From: Nitrospirota bacterium
GTDB lineage: Bacteria; Nitrospirota; Thermodesulfovibrionia; Thermodesulfovibrionales; SM23-35
NCBI GenBank assembly: GCA_040757475.1
Contig: JBFLWW010000004.1
Coordinates: 31,676 to 95,675, forward strand
Length of the DNA: 64,000 nt
Reading direction: 5' to 3'
Shown here: positions 34,480-42,848 of the stretch, piece after piece
Position numbering within the stretch: the first letter of the stretch is position 1
Layout of the letters: every line of letters begins with the position of its first letter
Notes under the pieces: generated by a model
The model's database searches: none
Seen by the model: only the letters and a program-made list of their open reading frames with translations
Told to the model about the DNA's origin: nothing
Position numbers and translations under genes: made by a program

Positions 34480-34555
34480 TGGTGGACGGTAGGGGATTCG
34501 AACCCCCGACTTCCACGTTGCGAACGTGGTGCTCTCCCACCTGAGCTAACCGCCC
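34480..34555 (-). tRNA. tRNA-Ala (CGC)
   Basis: Cloverleaf by hand: GGGCGGT acceptor with G3:U70, anticodon loop TTCGCAA, GGTTCGAATCC T-arm, encoded CCA. Confidence 0.9.
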
Positions 34556-34738
34556 ATTTAAAACACTGATCAGTTAACAGTGGACAGTGAATAGTAAAAT
34601 ATGAAAGATAATACAGTCAACTCTAAATGCTGAATATAAGGGCATGTTGACACAAATTCTTATAAACTCTTATAATTTATAGCCTCTAAGCAAATTTCGC
34701 TCTGTAAAATTTGCAGTGATTAGTTATCAGTCGTTAGT

Positions 34739-34815
<77 letters not shown>

Positions 34816-34947
34816 TGCAAATTTCGCAGAGCGAAATTTGCAGTGAATAGTTATTAGTGATTCGTGTTTAGTTTAAATTGAAAAATTTATTCTATTTTTG
34901 ATTTATACTATTAACTAATCACTATTCACTGATAACTGTCTTTAATC

Positions 34948-35024
34948 GGTGAGTGTAGCTCAATGGTTAGAGCACTGGACTGTGGCTCCAGGTGTTGGGG
35001 GTTCAAGTCCCCTCACTCACCCCA
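34948..35024 (+). tRNA. tRNA-His (GTG)
   Basis: Extra 5' G(-1), anticodon loop CTGTGGC, GGTTCAAGTCC, encoded CCA. Confidence 0.9.
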
Positions 35025-35026
35025 AT

Positions 35027-35100
35027 GCGCCTGTAGCTCAGTGGATTAGAGCATCGGCCTCCGGAGCCGAGGGTCGGAGGTTCAAATCCTCTCAGGCGCG
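35027..35100 (+). tRNA. tRNA-Arg (CCG)
   Basis: GCGCCTG acceptor, anticodon loop CTCCGGA, GGTTCAAATCC. CCA is not encoded. It lies 2 nt after tRNA-His. Confidence 0.9.
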
Positions 35101-35200
35101 CTAAGCGAATTTTGCAGAGCAAAATTCGCAGTTGTCAGTGATTAGTCTTCAGTTGTCAGTAAACTGAACACTTAAAACTGGCAACTAAAAAACTGGAAGT

Positions 35201-35276
<76 letters not shown>

Positions 35277-35319
35277 TCTGAGGCCTCCAAAAAGTCAAAG
35301 ACTTTTTTGGAGTAGCTAT

Positions 35320-35394
35320 GCCGGTGTAGCTCAGAGGCAGAGCAGCTGATTCGTAATCAGCTGGTCGGGGGTTCGACTCTCCCCACCGGCTCCA
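35320..35394 (+). tRNA. tRNA-Thr (CGT)
   Basis: GCCGGTG acceptor, anticodon loop TTCGTAA, GGTTCGACTC T-arm, encoded CCA. Confidence 0.9.
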
Positions 35395-35477
35395 GATTTT
35401 ACTAATAACTAAAAACTATTTATTAATAACTGCCGTAACTAGCATAAAAAATTTTTTCTCAGGCTTTCACTTTTGGC

Positions 35478-35506
35478 TTGACAAAAGGATTTCTTCTTGA
35501 TACTGT
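35478..35506 (+). promoter_or_regulatory. sigma-70-type promoter candidate for hup
   Basis: TTGACA-N17-TACTGT, ~55 nt upstream of ATG 35560. Confidence 0.45.
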
Positions 35507-35559
35507 TATCTTAGCTTTTTATTATCTCTTGAATAAAATAAATGAAAGGGGGGAGATCA

Positions 35560-35832
35560 ATGACAAAGACAGAGCTTATCGACAAGGTAGCTTCAGGTGC
35601 AGGGCTCAGCAAGGTAGATGCATCCAAGGCGCTGGATGCTACCCTGAATTCTATCAAGGGAGCATTAAAGAAAGGACAAAAGGTCACACTCGTCGGTTTC
35701 GGGACCTTCTCAGTTGTTAAAAGAAAGTCCAGAAAAGGCCGTAATCCAAGGACTGGCGAGGTTATCACAATCCCTGCTGCTAAGACACCGAAATTCACTT
35801 CTGGCAAGGCGCTCAAAGACGCAGTAAGGTAG
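35560..35832 (+). CDS. hup: DNA-binding protein HU
   Basis: MTKTELIDKVA…GFGTFSVVKRKSRKGRNPRTGEVITIPAAKTPKFTSGKALKDAV. ATG 35560 lies behind GGGGGGAG. Confidence 0.95.
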   Translation: MTKTELIDKVASGAGLSKVDASKALDATLNSIKGALKKGQKVTLVGFGTFSVVKRKSRKGRNPRTGEVITIPAAKTPKFTSGKALKDAVR

Positions 35833-35897
35833 CTTTTATTTAAATTAGGAGGCGACAATTTACCACCAGAGGTTGGTAAATTGCACAGTGCATATAA

Positions 35898-35937
35898 AAA
35901 GGGATATCTGGTGTGTCGGATATCCCTTTCTTTTTTT
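35898..35937. terminator. bidirectional rho-independent terminator (hup / ferredoxin)
   Basis: AAAGGGATATC-N10-GATATCCCTTT is followed by a T-run on the plus strand and by TTTTTATAT on the minus strand. It lies between convergent genes. Confidence 0.7.
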
Positions 35938-35951
35938 GACATGGGTAGTTT

Positions 35952-36137
35952 TTACATCTCTTTGAGTGTTATTGCCTCATTTGGACATTCAGCAATACAG
36001 CTCTCACAACCCTCACATGCATCTCCATTAACAACGACGCATTTGCCATTCTCTACCTTAAATACCTCCACAGGACATATATCCGCGCATTTCCCCTCTC
36101 CAGTACATTTCTCATTGTCAATTGTTACAATCCACAC
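35952..36137 (-). CDS. 2x[4Fe-4S] ferredoxin (61 aa)
   Basis: CTGEGKCADICP and CEGCESCIAECP motifs. It is the last gene of the dsr strand block. Confidence 0.85.
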   Translation of the reverse strand: MWIVTIDNEKCTGEGKCADICPVEVFKVENGKCVVVNGDACEGCESCIAECPNEAITLKEM

Positions 36138-36179
36138 TTAAAATCTCACCTCCTCCTTAATTCAATTTAACCCATAGGT

Positions 36180-37379
36180 TTATTTAAAAAGTTTAACCTG
36201 CCTTTCACCATATTTATCATAAACTACTTCTTCTTTGACTGAGACAGCTACCTTGTAAAGGATGGTGAGCACCAGAAACCCGACTCCCCAGACCCCAAGT
36301 GTGATTAATGCCTCAGGTACGGTAGGCCAATACTCTGTTATTCTCTCAAAGGGATTGGGAACGAACCCGCCGACAACCAGACCAAATCCCTTGTCAATCC
36401 ATAAGGAAAAAAATGTTGCCACTGCTGCAACAGCAAGGGTACCCTCGTTCCTGCGCGTTGCAGGGTTGATTAAGAGTGCAAGGGCCACAACTGCGAGGAT
36501 GTTTGAGATCCACATCATAGGTACGAGTTTTCCATAACCTTCCATACCAGTATAAAGGTAATCGAAAGGATGCATATGCCCTGGTATGGTACTGTAAAAA
36601 GCGGTAAAGAATTCAAATCCAAGGAAAAGAACGTTTATGATCATCGCATAAGTGACAGTCTTTCCAAGCGTCTGGATAGCCTCTTTTCCTGGGTCGAAGT
36701 TTGTAAACCTTCTTACGATCAGGCATAGAATGATGATAAGTGAAGGTCCGGATGAGAATGCCGAAGCAAGAAATCGGGCTGCCATAATGGCTGTTAGCCA
36801 GAGGTGCCTTCCTGGAAGACCGGCGTAAAGAAAGGCTGTAACTATATGGATACTGGGAGCCCAAGCAATGGCTATGTATATAAAGGGTTTTATCCAGGCT
36901 GGTGGTGGCATTCCTTTACGCTCTGCTCCCAGGACAGTCCAGCCGCATAATATATTGAGAATAAGGTAACCACTCAGGACGACCATATCAAAAAACATGA
37001 CAGAGTTAGGGGTTGGGTGTAATAATACATTCAGGACCCGAAGTGGTTGACCCATGTCAACAAAGATGAACAACATACACATTATTACAGAAGGGATAGC
37101 CAAAAATTCTGCTATGACGGCAATCCTGCCATATTTTTTATAGTTATGAAGGTAATAAGGTAAGACTACCATAACAGCCGCGGCTGCCACTCCAACAAGA
37201 AAGGTAAATTGGCCAATATAAAAACCCCATGAAACATCCCTGCTCATGCCTGTTATTCCCAGACCTATACGAAATTGGTATAGGTAAGAAATAAATCCTG
37301 CACTTATGATGGCGAGTAAAAAGATTATTAATCCCCAGTATTTTCGACTTCCCTTTAACGCAGTTTCAAGCATATTCAA
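36180..37379 (-). CDS. dsrP: DsrP (NrfD/PsrC-like integral membrane subunit)
   Basis: ~10 TM helices, NrfD-like, positioned after dsrO in a dsrMKJOP array. Confidence 0.85.
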   Translation of the reverse strand: MNMLETALKGSRKYWGLIIFLLAIISAGFISYLYQFRIGLGITGMSRDVSWGFYIGQFTFLVGVAAAAVMVVLPYYLHNYKKYGRIAVIAEFLAIPSVIMCMLFIFVDMGQPLRVLNVLLHPTPNSVMFFDMVVLSGYLILNILCGWTVLGAERKGMPPPAWIKPFIYIAIAWAPSIHIVTAFLYAGLPGRHLWLTAIMAARFLASAFSSGPSLIIILCLIVRRFTNFDPGKEAIQTLGKTVTYAMIINVLFLGFEFFTAFYSTIPGHMHPFDYLYTGMEGYGKLVPMMWISNILAVVALALLINPATRRNEGTLAVAAVATFFSLWIDKGFGLVVGGFVPNPFERITEYWPTVPEALITLGVWGVGFLVLTILYKVAVSVKEEVVYDKYGERQVKLFK

Positions 37380-37390
37380 TACCTCCTATA

Positions 37391-38173
37391 TTATGTAATT
37401 ATGTAGTAAACCTTGGGCTGTGTTCCGAGCTCGGGTTTACGTCGGATGGTGTAGCTTGAATGAAGAACTTTCCTTACATCCGATTCGGGGTCTTCCAGAT
37501 CACCAAAGATCAAGCCACCATTAGATTCCTCAACACAGGCAGGCTTGAGCCCTTTAGCAAGCCTTTCGTAACAGAAAGTGCATTTCTCCACAACACCTTT
37601 CATCCTCGTCGGGAATTCCTTATTCTCCTCCTTAATAAAAGGCCGTGGGTTTATCCAGTTGAAGCTTCTTGCCCCGAAGGGACATGCGGCCATACAGAAT
37701 CTGCAGCCAATACAGCGATGCATGTCCATCATAACGATCCCGTCCGATCTCTTATATGTAGCTTTTGTGGGACAGACCCTTACACAAGCGGGGTTATCAC
37801 AATGATTGCAGAGTACGAGGAAAGGTTGGTGTTTTATATTCTCTCCCATGTATTCATGTTCCTGACCCGGAAATGCGTGCTCAAAAGTCTCTTCCCAGAT
37901 CCATTTTATCTCACGTTTTGGATTTCCAATATCAGGAACGTTATGGATACGATGGCAAGCATTAATAACCCTTTTGTAATCATACTCTGTTTTGAACTTA
38001 GTCATATTTACAACCATAGCCCATTTTTTCCCTATCAGAGCTTTCGGATCTGGCAAAACCTGCGAGGCATCCAGCCAGTTTCTCTTAAGCACATTAGTAG
38101 CAGACATGCCTCCAATGGCCAAAATGGTGGAGATTCCAGCTATCTTTAAAAACTCTCTTCTATTGATACTCAT
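37391..38173 (-). CDS. dsrO: DsrO (periplasmic Fe-S subunit, Tat signal)
   Basis: MSINRREFLKIAG twin-arginine signal and several CxxCxxCxxxCP motifs. ATG 38173 overlaps the dsrJ stop (ATGA). Confidence 0.85.
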   Translation of the reverse strand: MSINRREFLKIAGISTILAIGGMSATNVLKRNWLDASQVLPDPKALIGKKWAMVVNMTKFKTEYDYKRVINACHRIHNVPDIGNPKREIKWIWEETFEHAFPGQEHEYMGENIKHQPFLVLCNHCDNPACVRVCPTKATYKRSDGIVMMDMHRCIGCRFCMAACPFGARSFNWINPRPFIKEENKEFPTRMKGVVEKCTFCYERLAKGLKPACVEESNGGLIFGDLEDPESDVRKVLHSSYTIRRKPELGTQPKVYYIIT

Positions 38174-38574
38174 GTCTCTTTCTCCTTTGGCTCGATATGG
38201 CAATCCCAGCAGTAAGGTTTTACTGCTGCATAATTATGACATTCGTCACAGAACTTTTTCTTGTTAGAATGACACTTCATGCATGTATTTTGAAGACTCA
38301 TATCATAATTCTTTCCACCAGCACCTATATAAATCCTATTGCCCTCGCGGACAACCGAATCCCTCCAGTCGTTCAATAATTTCATATGCTCGGTCTTCAT
38401 AAATTCCTTTGACTCTACGCATTTTCTTTCATTTTCTGGTAACTTTTGGATTTCAGGGGTATCAATTTTGGGGTCTGGTTTGGCAACTACTTTCCCCCCG
38501 CTAAGTAAGAAAGGAGCTGTTACCAGAGCGGCAAAGATAATAATTCCGATGATGATCTTCCAGCCGTTATACAT
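38170..38574 (-). CDS. dsrJ: DsrJ (triheme cytochrome c)
   Basis: Signal/TM anchor plus three CxxCH motifs (CMKCH, CDECH, CWDCH). ATG 38574 lies behind GGAGGG, 4 nt after the dsrK stop. Confidence 0.85.
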   Translation of the reverse strand: MYNGWKIIIGIIIFAALVTAPFLLSGGKVVAKPDPKIDTPEIQKLPENERKCVESKEFMKTEHMKLLNDWRDSVVREGNRIYIGAGGKNYDMSLQNTCMKCHSNKKKFCDECHNYAAVKPYCWDCHIEPKEKET

Positions 38575-38578
38575 TCTC

Positions 38579-40204
38579 TTAACCCTCCATTCCTGGGAGT
38601 GGTTCACCACGCAGATTGGTTGTCCTCTTCTTCTCTCCCTTGCACACCAATGCATTTGCAACCATCTCGTGAACGCCGGTGACACTCACACCGGGAACCC
38701 AGTAATCCATAAGGGGTGGAAGGACAGCCCTGTCAATCGCACAAATACAGGCCAGCATGTTCACTCCAAATTTTTCTTTGACATATTTTACAGCATTAGC
38801 TCTCGGGAAGCCTCCCCTCATCCTTAATTCCATATCTTCTGATGCATTTATGCCAGAGCCGCTGCCGCAGCAGAAGTTTTGCTCTCTTATGGTATTTGGC
38901 GGCATATCGTAGAAGTAGTTACACACATTCTTGATGATATACCGCGGTTCCTCAAAGATTCCCATACCTCTTGAGATATTACAGGAGTCATGGAAGGTAA
39001 CCCTCAGGTTATCATTTCTACTCGGGTCGAGTTTTAGTTTGCCGTGCTTGATGAGGTCAGCAGTAAATTCGCAGATGTGAACCATCTTCGTAGATTTTGC
39101 ATTCTCGAATTTAGTGCCTGTAATAGGGGAGACCGGTTCCTCGAGGAAATCAGGGGGGCCATTCCATGTATTCATATATTGGTGCATGACCCTCCACATA
39201 TGGCCACATTCCCCTCCAAGTATCCATTTCACCTTCAATCTCTTGGCTTCAGCATATATCTTGGAGTTGAGCCTTTTCGCCATCTCATTTGAGGTGAAAA
39301 AGCCGAAGTTTCCACCATCAGAGGCATATGTACTCCAGGTGTAGTCGAGTCCGAGCTCATGGAAGAGCAACAGAGTGCCCATGGTAAGGTATGTGCCCCG
39401 TTCATCAAAGAAATCACCAGAAGGTACGACATAGAGTATCTCGGCGCCCTTTCTGTTGAAGGTTGGCGTTACCCTGATACCCGTTACAGCCTCTAAATCT
39501 TTTATATACATATCGAAATATTCTCTGAATGTATGGGGCAGGATGCCGAGGTGATTCCCTGTCCTGTAACATTTCGCCACAGATGCAGAGACCCAGTGGA
39601 TATTTAAACCCAACAGATTAAGGAGTTCTCTGCCCATTATCGTAATCTCAGCCGTATCAATTCCATAAGGGCAGAATAGCGAGCAGCGGCGACACTCGGT
39701 GCACTGATAAAAATAATACCACAGCTCTTTCAGCACATCATAAGTGAGCTCTCTTGCCCCGGCAAGCCTCCCCATGACCTTTCCTGATGTTGTAAAGTAC
39801 TTTCTATATAAAGATCTAAGAAGTTCTGCCCTGAGAACAGGCATATTTTTCGGGTCTCCTCCTCCAATAAAGAAGTGGCATTTGTCAGCGCATGCACCGC
39901 ATCTCACACAGATATCCATAAAGAGCTTAAAAGAACGGTACTTGCTGAGCCGCTCTTTAATACCTTCTAAGACTATCTCTTTCCAGTTTTCGGGCAGTTT
40001 CCAGTCCTCATCTTTTACTGACCATGACCTCGGGTTCGGGAACCCAACAGTTTTAAGGTCTTCCGGCTTATTACCATAGCAATACATGTTAGGCTTGAAT
40101 TCAACAGGGGTTTCCATCCAAGCCTTTTGAGGAGGCTTATAATCTACCCTCGATAGCTCATCTGGATAAGGTACCCCTTTCGGAACTACTGGTTTCTGTG
40201 CCAT
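38579..40204 (-). CDS. dsrK: DsrK (HdrD-like catalytic subunit, CCG domains)
   Basis: CVRCGACADKC and CTECRRCSLFCP ferredoxin motifs, and CCG-type motifs (…NFCCGSGSG…). Confidence 0.9.
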   Translation of the reverse strand: MAQKPVVPKGVPYPDELSRVDYKPPQKAWMETPVEFKPNMYCYGNKPEDLKTVGFPNPRSWSVKDEDWKLPENWKEIVLEGIKERLSKYRSFKLFMDICVRCGACADKCHFFIGGGDPKNMPVLRAELLRSLYRKYFTTSGKVMGRLAGARELTYDVLKELWYYFYQCTECRRCSLFCPYGIDTAEITIMGRELLNLLGLNIHWVSASVAKCYRTGNHLGILPHTFREYFDMYIKDLEAVTGIRVTPTFNRKGAEILYVVPSGDFFDERGTYLTMGTLLLFHELGLDYTWSTYASDGGNFGFFTSNEMAKRLNSKIYAEAKRLKVKWILGGECGHMWRVMHQYMNTWNGPPDFLEEPVSPITGTKFENAKSTKMVHICEFTADLIKHGKLKLDPSRNDNLRVTFHDSCNISRGMGIFEEPRYIIKNVCNYFYDMPPNTIREQNFCCGSGSGINASEDMELRMRGGFPRANAVKYVKEKFGVNMLACICAIDRAVLPPLMDYWVPGVSVTGVHEMVANALVCKGEKKRTTNLRGEPLPGMEG

Positions 40205-40208
40205 ATAT

Positions 40209-41222
40209 TCACTCCTTTTCTACTGGCATTCTAGCCTCTTTCATCTTTTCCCTGAATTCATCCTCATATGCCTCGTATGTATGAACCTTGACAGGATAAT
40301 TCCAGGGATTGATGTGTCTTTTCATGCGGTTGTTATTCGCCAGGTTTCTTGTAGGACTGAGGAAGACCCCTGCCATGTGTGTTAGCTTGCTGAAGGGAAA
40401 ATAGACAAGTAAAGTGCTGACGAGAAAGAGATGTATATAAAAAAGAACTCCAATCCCCTCAGGGACCTTTGGATTAAAACTGACCAACCCCATGGTCAGC
40501 TCCTTCACGCCTACAACATTAACTTTGATAAAATATCTCATGAGGACGCCTGTAATTCCAATACCCAGTATCAAAAGGAGAGGAAAGTAATCAGCAGGAA
40601 GGGAAATGTAGCGTACCTGCGGAATAACAACCCTTCTGAGGAAGAGATAGGTCACAGCCAGCAAAAAGACTATATTTGTTATATAAAGTAAGGGCGCACC
40701 CAATAGAGATACCTGGAAAAAGGAATCCATTGACTCAAGTTGCTTCACGAAGGTAGGCACAGGCTCTGTAAACAATCTTAAATGTCTGATGAGAATGGTA
40801 AGAAAAGTCCAGTGGAATGCCAATGCTGCTGCCCAGAGCCACTTAGACGAACCATAAACAAGCTTAGTTCCTTCACTCAATTCCATCTTTGTGCTCCTGA
40901 AAAGAGAACGGAAAAGTAGCACTTCAAAGGCCATCCTCACAAAAACGCCTAAGGCACTCGAGGGGTTATCGATTTTATTTTGTTTGATCCATGGGAGAGA
41001 TTTTTCTTGACCGGCGGTTGTTGGTATGCGGAATGGGACAGGCGAACGTCCCCACTTCACGACGCGATAAACGATTCCAACGATGAACGTCGCAAAGGCT
41101 GCATAGGGTATAATAACTCCAAACAGAAAATTCAGATTCGCGCCCGCTACTCCCACAAAAACGAGCAAAATAAGTGCTATGACTGCAAAAAAGGAAACCC
41201 AGAGAGAAAGTCCGAAGTTCAT
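40209..41222 (-). CDS. dsrM: DsrM (NarI-like dihaem b membrane subunit)
   Basis: Polytopic protein with conserved His in the TM helices. It lies immediately upstream of dsrK. Confidence 0.85.
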   Translation of the reverse strand: MNFGLSLWVSFFAVIALILLVFVGVAGANLNFLFGVIIPYAAFATFIVGIVYRVVKWGRSPVPFRIPTTAGQEKSLPWIKQNKIDNPSSALGVFVRMAFEVLLFRSLFRSTKMELSEGTKLVYGSSKWLWAAALAFHWTFLTILIRHLRLFTEPVPTFVKQLESMDSFFQVSLLGAPLLYITNIVFLLAVTYLFLRRVVIPQVRYISLPADYFPLLLILGIGITGVLMRYFIKVNVVGVKELTMGLVSFNPKVPEGIGVLFYIHLFLVSTLLVYFPFSKLTHMAGVFLSPTRNLANNNRMKRHINPWNYPVKVHTYEAYEDEFREKMKEARMPVEKE

Positions 41223-41228
41223 TTGCTT

Positions 41229-41792
41229 TCACCTCGTTTCATATAGATTATCAATATTGCCGTCTTCGAGGTCCATCTCCTGCTCCTTGAGCTCATATAG
41301 CAGATTTGCCCTTTTCAGTAGACCAAATGTCCTGTTTCTCACCTCATTTGCCTTGAGCTCATAAATCTTCTCCCGACACTTCATATATATGTCAAAGGAG
41401 AGAAGGGCAAGATCGTCTATTCTGGACTCAAGTGTTAACAACTCTTCAGAGAGCCCGTCCTCCCGGACCTCTTTCGCTAGCTCCTTTCTGATTACTTTCT
41501 TTAGAAGGAAGACGAAGCCAATAGCCTGGGAAGGCGAAAAATCCTGAACCGCCCTGATTCTGATAATATTGTCGAGAAGTGGGGAAACCTTTTCAGAATC
41601 CATCCCATTGAGAAGTTCATCGAAGAGACCCTTTATCCCCTGGGAGACCGTATAACCAACTGGATTAGTGAATTGGTTCTTTTGATTTTTCAAAAAGTTT
41701 GAAGTGTCAGCAGAATAAGTCTCCGTTATTACGTCGAACCATCTTTTCAAAATGACAGATCTCTTTTCTGATAAGAGATTCTTCAACTCCAT
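41229..41792 (-). CDS. dsrT: DsrT-like protein (RsbRD N-terminal domain family)
   Basis: 187-aa helical protein (…ILKRWFDVITETY…AVQDFSPSQAIGFVFLLKKVIR…) directly upstream of dsrM, the position reported for dsrT. Assigned by context and pattern only. Confidence 0.55.
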   Translation of the reverse strand: MELKNLLSEKRSVILKRWFDVITETYSADTSNFLKNQKNQFTNPVGYTVSQGIKGLFDELLNGMDSEKVSPLLDNIIRIRAVQDFSPSQAIGFVFLLKKVIRKELAKEVREDGLSEELLTLESRIDDLALLSFDIYMKCREKIYELKANEVRNRTFGLLKRANLLYELKEQEMDLEDGNIDNLYETR

Positions 41793-41889
41793 ATCAGTAT
41801 AAACTGCCCCTTACAGTTTTAAAACTATCGCATTCCCAAACACGGTAATTTTATTTTACAAAATTATATTTGGTCAACTTAATTTTTAT

Positions 41890-41947
41890 AAATTACAAAA
41901 TAAAGAGCAAAAAGTGAGAAGTAAAAAACTTCCAACTTCCTGCTCTT
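41890..41947 (-). terminator. heptamer-built hairpin terminator after dsrC
   Basis: On the minus strand: AAGAGCAGGAAGTTGGAAGT-TTTTT-ACTTCTCACTTTTTGCTCTT, then TATTTTGTAATTT. Confidence 0.6.
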
Positions 41948-41956
41948 CTTGTTTGT

Positions 41957-42292
41957 TTATACACAGCCTGTTGGTTTTGGGAGCCCTGCATACCTACATG
42001 CCTGCTTTGCAGGTCCACCTGGGAAAAGCTCATATAGATATTTGGTGTTCGCCTTTTCAGGCCCAAAAAATTTGCCCATTTCCTTCACGAGCATCTTGAT
42101 AGGAGGAGCAATGTTGAACTTTATATAATACTCCCTCAACCACCTGATTATCTCCCAGTGTTTCTCATCAAGGGTAATCTCATCTTGTGCTGCAAGTTCT
42201 GGAGCCATTCCTTCCTCCCACGCCTCCCAGTCCTGGAGATAACCTTCTTCATCAATCTCGTATTCTTTTCCCTTATAACTCCACTTTGGCAT
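41957..42292 (-). CDS. dsrC: DsrC (sulfite reductase-associated sulfur carrier)
   Basis: 111 aa ending …CRYAGLPKPTGCV, with both conserved C-terminal cysteines. Confidence 0.95.
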   Translation of the reverse strand: MPKWSYKGKEYEIDEEGYLQDWEAWEEGMAPELAAQDEITLDEKHWEIIRWLREYYIKFNIAPPIKMLVKEMGKFFGPEKANTKYLYELFPGGPAKQACRYAGLPKPTGCV

Positions 42293-42440
42293 CTTTCTAC
42301 CTCCTTTCTCTGTTTGAATCTAACTTATTGATAGAAGAAATCTCCTATCAATCTTAACATAAATATTTTATCATAAAATCTTTCAATATAATTATTAAAT
42401 ATTGTATTTTGAATTTTCTATAATCAAGATTAGTAAATTA

Positions 42441-42522
42441 GACTGTAAAGACTAATACATATCTACATCTATGGTCAAATAAAAAAAATTTATCAGTAAA
42501 TGATGTTTATTTATTTACTCTT
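42441..42522 (-). promoter_or_regulatory. dsrC promoter block shared with dsrA
   Basis: Minus strand: …ATTTACTGATAAATTTTTTTTATTTGACC-N15-TATTAG. It is ~86% identical over ~58 nt to 47658-47708, with identical -35/-10 geometry. Confidence 0.6.
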
Positions 42523-42848
42523 TTAAGTAAGATAAAACATATATTTTCTGGGGTACGTCCTCTCTTGTCAGTTAAGGTATGTGTCCTCTGGTCATAATGC
42601 AAAAATACCTCTTTATAATCCTCTCCTGGTATTAAATCCCATGGGTTATCGTATTTACCCTCACAGGCAAAATTAAGTGCATCAACATAAGCCTCTCCAA
42701 GATTATGCCCGCTACGGTCAAAGACATACACAGCGCCACATTCACATCTTCCACCTGAAAACTCGTTACCGAGTTTGGTTCTTATTTCATGAGGTCTATC
42801 GAATAGACAGCCGCAAAATGGACATCTCGGTTCTCTATCTCTTCTCAT
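42507..42848 (-). CDS. Cys-rich (zinc-ribbon-like) protein of unknown function, coupled to dsrN
   Basis: 113 aa with RCPFCGC…RCECG. Its ATG overlaps the dsrN stop (ATGA). Confidence 0.6.
   Translation of the reverse strand: MRRDREPRCPFCGCLFDRPHEIRTKLGNEFSGGRCECGAVYVFDRSGHNLGEAYVDALNFACEGKYDNPWDLIPGEDYKEVFLHYDQRTHTLTDKRGRTPENICFILLKRVNK

Noticed and set aside
37460-38149. 229-aa plus-strand ORF, plus many other antisense ORFs of 60 aa or more (e.g. 3028-3477, 32886-33383, 56147-56656, 46332-46700)
   Set aside because: All lie opposite genes with strong family signatures (dsrO, aspS, ATPase, gap, dsrA). They have no motifs of their own.
41793-41956. Third copy of the dsrA/dsrC promoter block upstream of dsrT-dsrMKJOP
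   Set aside because: A TTGACC with an AT-rich upstream sequence is present (~41872), but the flanks do not align with the shared block and no convincing -10 lies at the right spacing.
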